The translations under genes were made by a program, and so were the position numbers. From positions 1 through 20,586 of the forward strand of contig BBVC01000042.1 of assembly GCA_001192655.1 (NCBI GenBank): a stretch of DNA of 20,586 nt. The letters run 5' to 3'. Below are positions 1 through 7,154 of this stretch, piece after piece. The notes beneath the pieces were generated by a model. The model saw only the letters and a program-made list of their open reading frames with translations, ran no database searches and was not told the DNA's origin. Origin of the DNA: Caedimonas varicaedens (GTDB lineage: Bacteria > Pseudomonadota > Alphaproteobacteria > Caedimonadales > Caedimonadaceae). How positions within the stretch are numbered: position 1 is the stretch's first letter; each line of letters starts with the position of its first letter.

Positions 1-1
1 T

Positions 2-928
2 ATGTTGTTAGCTATAAATACCTTATTCCCAAAAAGTTTGGCATTAGGACAAGCAATTAAGCTATTTGATAAGCGAAAATTCCAGACCCTGAAAATAACG
101 CCCCATGCCGGCGAAGATGAAAATGCTTATTACTCACGTGAAGCAGATGGTTCACGTATTTTGATGTTTTTTTCTTTCACAAGTGAAATGGATAAGAAAT
201 CAAAAATTCATACCTGCCAATCCTCTGAAGTGGTTGCTCACGAAACAGGTCACTCCTTTTTAGACCTCTTGCATCCAGAATATTTTGATAGTCACTCTCC
301 ACAAACAGGAGGATTACATGAAGCTTTTGGCGATATCACATCCCTCTTCTGGGTTTTGTCCCAACACCGCCAATGCGAGGATTTACTAGCCGACACCAAA
401 GGTAATCTTCATGAACAGAATTTTCTAGCCTTGCTGGCTGAACAGTTTGGAAAAGCAATCGGTAGCAAAACAGGACTCAGAAATGCAGATGATGATGTGA
501 ACATTCTTAAAGTAGATCATGAAGTTCATGAGATTTCCCGTGTTTTTACAGGAGCTCTTTACGATATATTTGTTGATGGGTTTAAAGCTGCTTATCAGAT
601 AAAAAGAAACCAGGCTCCAGTCATTAATATTCTTTTAGATACAGGAACCTACCTTCGTCGTCTTTTTCTGCATTCCATTATAGAATCTAAAAACTTTGAT
701 CCTACATTTTCAAATATTGCTTTTCAAATGATGACACTCGCCACAGCACGCGCTAATGCACCGACCGATGCTTTAGACAAACTTGGTTGGTCAGAATTTA
801 TCAAGAATCAATTTACACGCAGAGGAGTCCCTGTTGATCTTAACTCTCGTGCTTTAAATTTTCTTGACCAAATTAAGGTAGAAAAGGTTGGAATTTGCGG
901 CACCACCCATAAAAAGTTTACAACTTGA
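2..928 (+). CDS. Thermolysin-like (M4-type gluzincin) zinc metalloprotease, probably 5'-truncated by the window edge
   Basis: The HEXXH zinc site 'VVAHETGHSF' is followed 23 residues after the second His by 'GGLHEAFGDI', which resembles the M4 'GG(I/L)NEAFSD' third-ligand motif. Upstream 'ENAYYS' matches the M4 'NAFY/W' strand. Downstream 'HEISRVFTGALYD' resembles the M4 'H.NSGI.NKA.Y' region. HEXXH sits only ~80 aa into the ORF, so the N-terminal domain is probably off-window. The ORF ends just before a strong terminator. Confidence 0.7.
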   Translation: MLLAINTLFPKSLALGQAIKLFDKRKFQTLKITPHAGEDENAYYSREADGSRILMFFSFTSEMDKKSKIHTCQSSEVVAHETGHSFLDLLHPEYFDSHSPQTGGLHEAFGDITSLFWVLSQHRQCEDLLADTKGNLHEQNFLALLAEQFGKAIGSKTGLRNADDDVNILKVDHEVHEISRVFTGALYDIFVDGFKAAYQIKRNQAPVINILLDTGTYLRRLFLHSIIESKNFDPTFSNIAFQMMTLATARANAPTDALDKLGWSEFIKNQFTRRGVPVDLNSRALNFLDQIKVEKVGICGTTHKKFTT

Positions 929-938
929 CCCACTCCAT

Positions 939-966
939 AAAAAAGCCTCTAAAAGAGGCTTTTTTA
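939..966. terminator. Bidirectional Rho-independent terminator
   Basis: Perfect 8-bp stem AAGCCTCT (943-950) / AGAGGCTT (954-961) with an AAA loop. It is flanked by an A-run (939-944) and a T-run (960-965), so it reads as hairpin plus U-tract on either strand. It lies 11 nt after the protease stop codon. Confidence 0.8.
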
Positions 967-1446
967 TCTTTACAAAATGGCACTTAGATGAGGGGGCTCT
1001 GTAACATGTATTTAAAAACTCTACAATTATAAGCTCGGAAGTTTTTAAAACTTTTGTTTCAAACTCTTCATCAGAGATTTCAGAAATTGGGTTGGCTTCC
1101 AAGTGTGATTTTAGCACTGTCAAACGGGCTTGATCCTCGATATCAAGGACAAGCTTAAACACCAAATCAAAAATTTCGCCAATACTTGCTCCGCAAGGAA
1201 TGCCTATTTCGTGTTGGACTGAGCAAAAATGCTTGAAGTATTTCCGCACCCACTTTGACAAGGCTCACAACGGACTTTTTCCCAATTCCATTTTTGATTG
1301 ATAAGAATATGTTCCCCCCTATAATGAGAGGATACCTGTCAGGACACTCGGCATGTGTCAGAGATGAGGATAGTAACGCATATCTTCTTCATTATACTAT
1401 CTGCTCACATCTATTTCTTATTTCCAAAGAATTTTATAATTAAAAA

Positions 1447-2922
1447 CTATCCCCTTTTACGTTTCGTTTGAGACATAGTATAAGAAACAGGCTTAATTTC
1501 ATTGGGGTTATTTGGCAATGCAGAACCACCATAAGACTTTACAAGGCTGCCCATCGTTGCCAATAAACGCAATGCTGCCGTATCTTCAGCTGCATCAGCT
1601 GTGATCAGCGAACCTTTCGCCAAAAACACTTCATGAGCTGCATCCAGAATTTGTAAAAAGCTGAGATTACCCAAATCATACTGGCTTAGATAAGTATGGA
1701 GCATCTGCATCTTGCTTTTAACCGCCTCTCTCAAAGCATCCGCTTGCCGGTGAGCGCTTGACATTTCTGCCCAGGAAATACGAACCTCACGCTCTGTCCT
1801 GCGCAACTCGGCCTCACGCTTGAATTTGGCTTCGGTGACGCGCTCTATATATTCCCGCTTCTTGGCAATATCCCGTCCACCATTGAAAAGATTGTAACGA
1901 ACGACTGCCAAGGCACTCAGCGTTGTCTGATTTCCGTTAGTGCCAGGTGCATTAAAGTTTCGTTGCGCATCTCCTTCCAGAGAAAGAGAAGGGTAAAAGG
2001 GTGTATTTGTAACTTCAAGGTCAGCTTTTGCAACTTCAACAGTTGCATTAGCAACTTCCAGCGAACGACTGGACTGTCGTGCGAATTCCAATGCAGCTTC
2101 TTGGGTTGTTGGCAATAAATTGCCTGGCACATGTGCATTTTTTAATCTCCCTGGCTCGTGACCTATAACTTCCATATAGCGTGCAGCAGAACTCTCCAGG
2201 TCACCCTGAATATCTCGATAGGCTGCTCTTGCATCTTCAAGACGCGATTGCACATGTTGAGTATCTGCAATTGTCGATCTACCTGCGTTGACCTGACTGC
2301 GAACTTTTCCTAAAATATTTTCATGTTGCCTGATGTTTTCCTCTGCTAGACGCACAAGACGCTGAAATCTTCTAAGAGTGATGTATTCACGCGCCGCATT
2401 GAAAGCAACCAGTTCTTTTGTTTCATTGATTTTCTTGCCGGATTGCGTTTCTTCCTTAGAGGCTTTTTCAACTTTATGGGGAGTATCAAGACCATCAAAA
2501 ACCATCTGTCTGACAGACAGTGACATATCATAACGATCTGAAACAACAGTCCCATGGGCAGCTGAGTTGAGTTTATTTCCTGATAATTTATCTCGAAGAT
2601 AACCATATCCCCCTGCTGCACGTGCATCCAAGGTTGGGTAATATCCTGCTTTTGCCTGTTCAATTCTCTCCGCAGCTTCTTGTTTGGCGGCATAATCAGC
2701 CTTGATATTTGGACTATTTATAAGAGCACTCATAATAGCTTCGCGTACACTGTTGTTATCCGTCATACTATCATCCGAGCTTATGGCAACGGGCTTGTGC
2801 ATTTTATGATGTTTGGTACCGGCTGCAACAACAGTTTGTGGGATCAAAAGACCCATAGCGACAAAACTTACACTTGTTAAAATAGTGCGATTGAATTTAT
2901 TTTGTAAGGACTTCTCTCTCAT
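1447..2922 (-). CDS. tolC: TolC-family outer-membrane efflux/type I secretion protein
   Basis: 491 aa with an N-terminal signal peptide (MREKSLQNKFNRTILTSVSFVAMGLLIPQTVVAAG). Two repeated OEP-type halves are visible (e.g. 'AKQEAAERIEQAKAGYYPTLDARAAGGYGY' and 'VEVAKADLEVTNTPFYPSLSLEGDAQR'). A GGAGG Shine-Dalgarno lies 4 nt upstream of the ATG (complement of 2927-2931). The gene is divergent from the ABC/MFP pair. Confidence 0.88.
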   Translation of the reverse strand: MREKSLQNKFNRTILTSVSFVAMGLLIPQTVVAAGTKHHKMHKPVAISSDDSMTDNNSVREAIMSALINSPNIKADYAAKQEAAERIEQAKAGYYPTLDARAAGGYGYLRDKLSGNKLNSAAHGTVVSDRYDMSLSVRQMVFDGLDTPHKVEKASKEETQSGKKINETKELVAFNAAREYITLRRFQRLVRLAEENIRQHENILGKVRSQVNAGRSTIADTQHVQSRLEDARAAYRDIQGDLESSAARYMEVIGHEPGRLKNAHVPGNLLPTTQEAALEFARQSSRSLEVANATVEVAKADLEVTNTPFYPSLSLEGDAQRNFNAPGTNGNQTTLSALAVVRYNLFNGGRDIAKKREYIERVTEAKFKREAELRRTEREVRISWAEMSSAHRQADALREAVKSKMQMLHTYLSQYDLGNLSFLQILDAAHEVFLAKGSLITADAAEDTAALRLLATMGSLVKSYGGSALPNNPNEIKPVSYTMSQTKRKRG

Positions 2923-3071
2923 TATTCCTCCCCCCCTTTTTTAGCCGTATTTTAACAGCATTTTTATATAAATTTATGTAAATTTAAGTTTAATCCTATA
3001 AAAGTTAATTCATTATTAACCTGAAGTCCATAAGATAATCTTAGACTATAACTAAAAATGATTTTCCAGGC
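2923..3071. promoter_or_regulatory. Divergent intergenic control region between the tolC-like gene and the ABC-MFP operon (promoters inferred, not mapped)
   Basis: A 149-bp, very AT-rich spacer between two divergently oriented start codons. It contains the tolC Shine-Dalgarno. No specific -35/-10 boxes or operator can be assigned with confidence by eye. Confidence 0.35.
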
Positions 3072-5315
3072 ATGACAACCGATAAAAAAAATAATCCTGT
3101 ACCCCTAAATTCAGAATCCAGGAAAAATGAACAACCTGCCCCTGTCGAGAAAAGTTCGCTAAATTCTCAATGGCTTAAGGAAATATGGCAACAAAAAGCA
3201 TTTGATGATGATTCGCTCTTGTCTTGTCTTGAGATCTTGGCCAGCTTTCATGGGCGGCCGACATCTTCTGTCTCCTTGAAAGCAGGATTGCCACTCGATA
3301 AAAACCTTTTAACGCCTGAACTTTTTATACGTTCCGCCGCACGTATTGGACTCTCTTCAAGGGTGATTCATAAAAAACTTATCGACATCTCAACATTTAC
3401 CCTGCCCTGCGTACTCATCCTGGAAGGCGCTAAAGCCTGCTTGCTGGTTTCCCAACCTTCACGAGAAGATGTAGAAGTCATTTTCCCGGAAACAGGCCGC
3501 GGCTCAAAAGTCATGGGGCTGGAAGACATCAATCAGATATACAGTGGGTACGCTATTTTCTGTCAACCCCTTTATCGATATGATCAACGCTCTGCTGATA
3601 TTGAAATTGAGCACCCCAAAAACTGGTTTTGGGGAACTCTCGCAAAATCCTGGTCTATTTACATGCAAGTGGCCATCGCTGCTATCTTGGTAAATTTATT
3701 TGCGATTGTAAGCCCCCTGTTTGTGATGAATGTTTATGATCGCGTTGTTCCCAATAATGCAACAGATACCTTATGGGTTCTGGCAACGGGAGTTTTCATT
3801 GTTTTTGGGTTTGATTTACTGCTCAAGACACTGCGTGTTCACTATGTAGATTCGGCAGGCAGAAATGCAGATGTCATTCTGGCAAGCCGAATTTTTGAGC
3901 AAGTCCTTGGAATGCGACTTGCATTCCGTCCCGAATCCTCAGGGAGTTTTGCAAACCAGCTGCGTGAATTCGAAACCCTGCGCGAATTTTTTTCTTCTGC
4001 AACACTCGTTGCCTTTATCGATTTGCCTTTTGTATTTCTTTTTATTCTTCTGATTGGATATATCGGCGGAGCCATTGCCTGGGTACCTCTCTTAGCCGTC
4101 CCTATTATCATGGTCGTTACTTTTATTTTACAGGGACCCTTACGCGGCTGGGTTAACAAATCTTTTAGAGAGGGCGCTCAAAAACATGCTCTTTTAGTAG
4201 AAGCTATCTATGGGCTGGAAACAATAAAAAGTTTCGGCGCAGAAGGACGGATGCAACGTAATTGGGAGAATTTTGTATCCCAAGCAGCGTCTTCTTCCAA
4301 CGCGGTACGTTTTTTGGGAGCGCTTGCTTTAAATTTTGCAGGCTTTATTCAACAGCTTTCCTATATACTTGTCGTTGTTGCGGGCGTTTATTTGATTGCC
4401 AAAGGTGACCTGTCTACGGGGGGGCTGATTGCATGTTCCATTCTCTCAGCGCGGGCTATGGCCCCTCTTAGTCAGGTTGTCTCCCTGTTATCCAAATTAA
4501 ATCAATCACGCACATCTCTTGAAGCGCTCAATAAAATTATCAAGCTCCCCACAGAAAGAGGAGAACTCCAAAGTTATCTCCATCGCCCTAATCTTCATGG
4601 TGATATTGAATTTAAGGATGTCAACTTTTCTTACCCAAACCAAAAGACAAAAGCTTTGGAAGGACTCAGTTTATCCATAAAATCAGGTGAAAAAATTGGC
4701 GTTGTCGGTCGCATTGGTTCAGGCAAGTCAACCCTTGAGAAGCTTATTCTCAACCTTTATACTGCCGATGAGGGGTCTATTCAAATCGATAGCACAGACA
4801 TTCGTCAAATTGATCCTGCAGACCTTCGTAAAAATATCGGCTATGTTCCGCAGGATATCTACCTCTTTCATGGTTCGGTACGAGATAATATAACATTGGG
4901 ATCAGATCATGTAACTGATGAAGAAATCCTGAAAGCTGCTATTTTATCAGGTGTGCATGACTTTGTTCGTCATCATCCCATGGGGTATGATATGCCAATC
5001 AGTGAAGGAGGGGCTTCCTTATCAGGCGGTCAGCGTCAGACTATTGCCGTTGCGCGTGCGCTTATCAGAAATCCTTCTATTTTGTTGCTTGATGAACCTT
5101 CTGCCATGATGGATCATACTTCAGAAGCACAAATCATTCAGAGATTGCGTTCCATTATTTCTGATAAAACGGTGATTATTATTTCTCATCGAATACCCCT
5201 GCTTGATCTAACTGACAGAATTATCGTGATGGATAATGGTCGAGTCATAGCAGATGGCCCCAAGTCTGAAGTGCTGAAGGCTCTTTCCAATTCACAAATT
5301 CGCAGTGCAGGGTAG
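3072..5315 (+). CDS. Type I secretion ABC transporter (permease/ATPase) with an N-terminal degenerate C39-like domain (HlyB/LssB type)
   Basis: 747 aa. The N-terminal 'DDDSLLSCLEILASFHG' aligns with E. coli HlyB 'DYGLYALEILAQYHN'. A six-TM-type hydrophobic core follows. Walker A 'GRIGSGKST', ABC signature 'LSGGQRQ', Walker B 'ILLLDEPSAMMD' and H-loop 'IIISHR' are all present. Confidence 0.92.
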   Translation: MTTDKKNNPVPLNSESRKNEQPAPVEKSSLNSQWLKEIWQQKAFDDDSLLSCLEILASFHGRPTSSVSLKAGLPLDKNLLTPELFIRSAARIGLSSRVIHKKLIDISTFTLPCVLILEGAKACLLVSQPSREDVEVIFPETGRGSKVMGLEDINQIYSGYAIFCQPLYRYDQRSADIEIEHPKNWFWGTLAKSWSIYMQVAIAAILVNLFAIVSPLFVMNVYDRVVPNNATDTLWVLATGVFIVFGFDLLLKTLRVHYVDSAGRNADVILASRIFEQVLGMRLAFRPESSGSFANQLREFETLREFFSSATLVAFIDLPFVFLFILLIGYIGGAIAWVPLLAVPIIMVVTFILQGPLRGWVNKSFREGAQKHALLVEAIYGLETIKSFGAEGRMQRNWENFVSQAASSSNAVRFLGALALNFAGFIQQLSYILVVVAGVYLIAKGDLSTGGLIACSILSARAMAPLSQVVSLLSKLNQSRTSLEALNKIIKLPTERGELQSYLHRPNLHGDIEFKDVNFSYPNQKTKALEGLSLSIKSGEKIGVVGRIGSGKSTLEKLILNLYTADEGSIQIDSTDIRQIDPADLRKNIGYVPQDIYLFHGSVRDNITLGSDHVTDEEILKAAILSGVHDFVRHHPMGYDMPISEGGASLSGGQRQTIAVARALIRNPSILLLDEPSAMMDHTSEAQIIQRLRSIISDKTVIIISHRIPLLDLTDRIIVMDNGRVIADGPKSEVLKALSNSQIRSAG

Positions 5316-5321
5316 GTTTAG

Positions 5322-6680
5322 ATGTTGTCTTATTTCAAAAAAATATTTCCCTCTGCTCAGGAACAAGAAAATACCGATTTTATGCCCCCTCATATTGCTG
5401 CCCACCATCGAAAACCTGAACGTAAGGTATCAATCCTTATGGGAGCAGTTATTCTATTCTGCATTACTTTTATTATTTGGGCGAACTGGGCTGAATTGGA
5501 TGAAATTGCGCGTGGGGAAGGCAAAATTATTCCTTCCAGCTCTGTACAGAAAATTAGCAATCTTGAAGGAGGAATTATTCAGGAACTTCTTGTTAAGGAA
5601 GGACAAATTGTTCAAAAAGATCAAATTTTAATGCGTATTGACCCAACGATTGCGGACGCGCACTTAAAAGAAGGTCGCGATAATTATTACCGATATCTTG
5701 CCGATGTAGAGCGATTGAAGTCCCTGACAGAGGGTCGAGACTTTATCGTTCCTGAAGAAGTCGAGAAGAATGCCCCTCAAGCTGCCGATGAAGCTCGTGA
5801 ACGCTATAAAGCACGCAAAGAGCGCTTAGCCAATGAAATTAATATCTCACAAAAAGAGCTGGATCAAAAAACTCAAGAATTGCATGAGCTTCAGGCACGG
5901 GAAATCGAAGCGGCAAAAGCCACAGATCTCTCTCAACAAGAGCTAGCCATTCAAAAACCTCTTGTTGAACGTGGATTAGGCGCCAAAATGGATCTTTTAA
6001 AAATTCAACGGGATTTAAATGACGCTCAGGGACGTCTTAATTCGACGAAAATTAATATCCAGAAAGCTGAAGCTGCGGTCAATCAGGCTTCTGAAAAACT
6101 CAAGCAAGTTCCTGTTATTTTCCAAAACGAAGATTATACGGAATTAAGAGAGGCTAGCAATAAACTGGCGCAGGCGCAGGGAAGTTTTACCTCACAGGAA
6201 AATATCGCGTCAAGAACAGAAATTCGCTCGCCTGTTAAGGGAATTGTAAAACAGATCCTGCTGACCACGATTGGAGGCATTATAAGACCAGGAGAAGACA
6301 TCATGGAAATTGTTCCCCTGGATGATAGTCTTCTGGTTGAGGTCAATATTAAACCCTCTGACATTGCTTTTCTGCATCCGGGTGAACCCGCTATGCTCAA
6401 AATCTCAGCCTATGATTATTCCATTTATGGAGGGCTCCACGCCGAGCTTGTGGACATCAGCCCGGATACTGTTGTCGATGAAAAAGACCAACGACATCAA
6501 AGTTATTATAAAGTCAAGCTCAGGACAACCAATCTGAAATTCACAAAATCCGGGGATGAAAAACCGCTGATTCCCGGTATGGTTGTGACGGCTGATATCA
6601 AGACGGGAAAAAAAACAGTCATGCACTATCTGTTAAAACCAATCATTAAAGCAAAAGACGAAGCCTTAACAGAACGATAA
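5322..6680 (+). CDS. HlyD-family type I secretion periplasmic adaptor (membrane fusion protein)
   Basis: 452 aa with a single N-terminal TM segment (VSILMGAVILFCITFIIWANWA) and a long coiled-coil middle (ELDQKTQELHELQAREIEAAK...). The C-terminal barrel motifs 'IRSPVKGIVKQI', 'GMVVTADIKTGKKTVMHYLLKPI' are typical of HlyD/LssD-type MFPs. The start codon lies 6 nt after the ABC stop. Confidence 0.9.
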   Translation: MLSYFKKIFPSAQEQENTDFMPPHIAAHHRKPERKVSILMGAVILFCITFIIWANWAELDEIARGEGKIIPSSSVQKISNLEGGIIQELLVKEGQIVQKDQILMRIDPTIADAHLKEGRDNYYRYLADVERLKSLTEGRDFIVPEEVEKNAPQAADEARERYKARKERLANEINISQKELDQKTQELHELQAREIEAAKATDLSQQELAIQKPLVERGLGAKMDLLKIQRDLNDAQGRLNSTKINIQKAEAAVNQASEKLKQVPVIFQNEDYTELREASNKLAQAQGSFTSQENIASRTEIRSPVKGIVKQILLTTIGGIIRPGEDIMEIVPLDDSLLVEVNIKPSDIAFLHPGEPAMLKISAYDYSIYGGLHAELVDISPDTVVDEKDQRHQSYYKVKLRTTNLKFTKSGDEKPLIPGMVVTADIKTGKKTVMHYLLKPIIKAKDEALTER

Positions 6681-6757
6681 GTATTCTTATATACAAAAGG
6701 CCAACAGCGTTTCTTCATTTCTGAAGTCTAGTCCATGAAAACCTTAGAGGAGGATTG

Positions 6758-7118
6758 TTCCTGTATTTGGCATTCTTAAGCATGGCGGTCATGTTTACAT
6801 CCACGTCATTGATGATACCAAAACATTTGATGCGATAGACTTGTTTATACAGACTGTTATCGTTCTTATAACACCTCAGATGTTTCTGAATTCAAACATT
6901 GTCGTATAACCCACTCAGAACTTTTCGCGCACAAACATAATCACATAAATGGTATTGAAAACTTCTGGAACCAAGCAAAACGTCACCTAAGAAAATACAA
7001 TGGTGTTCCCAAAAATAATTTTTATCTTTTCTTGAAAGAGTGGGAGTGGCGTTTTAGCATGAGGTCACCTAAAGAACTGCTTAAAGATCTTAAAACGAGT
7101 CGCAAAGAATATTATTAG
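6758..7118 (+). mobile_element. Decayed IS1595-family (ISXO2-like DDE) transposase remnant: N-terminally truncated with an internal frameshift
   Basis: Hand translation gives RRIVPVFGILKHGGHVYIHVIDDTKT from 6758. After a frame change near 6825-6835 it gives (C)DRLVYTDCYRSYNTSDVSEFKHCRITHSELFAHKHNHINGIENFWNQAKRHLRKYNGVPKNNFYLFLKEWEWRFSMRSPKELLKDLKTSRKEYY*, with the stop at 7116-7118. 'PVFGIL..GG.VY', 'YTD.YRSYN', 'HINGIENFW..AKR' and 'F.L.LKE.E.RF' are hallmark IS1595/ISXO2 motifs. There is no start codon, the N-terminal zinc-ribbon/HTH part is missing, and I see no terminal inverted repeats. Confidence 0.8.
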
Positions 7119-7154
7119 ATGTCAGACCCAAGTTTTGTCCCATTTTGAGCTTCC

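Noticed and set aside
2-928. RTX (GGxGxD) calcium-binding repeats in the protease as evidence of T1SS export
   Set aside because: No nonapeptide repeats are present in the visible 308 residues, so T1SS export remains only a positional hypothesis.
854-1261. 135-aa minus-strand ORF between the protease and tolC
   Set aside because: It has no ATG start, only TTG right after an in-frame stop. It reads through the 939-966 terminator hairpin and overlaps the protease 3' end by 75 nt. No recognisable motifs. It is treated as a possible gene remnant, not a live CDS.
1255-1443. 62-aa plus-strand ORF (TTG start)
   Set aside because: It is short, has an alternative start and no ribosome-binding site, and its composition is odd (Cys/His-rich, low complexity). 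It sits in the same unassigned spacer and is most likely spurious.
3189-3590. Possibility that the ABC N-terminal domain is an active C39 bacteriocin-processing peptidase
   Set aside because: By-eye alignment to HlyB places Ser and Ala at the catalytic Cys and His positions. No small GG-leader peptide gene is visible nearby.
1917-6626. Nested or antisense ORFs inside the tolC, ABC and MFP genes (1917-2138, 2346-2693, 2680-2880, 3842-4159, 3865-4053, 4687-4893, 5305-5631, 6134-6400, 6310-6537, 6405-6626)
   Set aside because: All lie entirely within, or in alternative frames of, long ORFs with strong family signatures. Their translations are low-complexity with no motifs.
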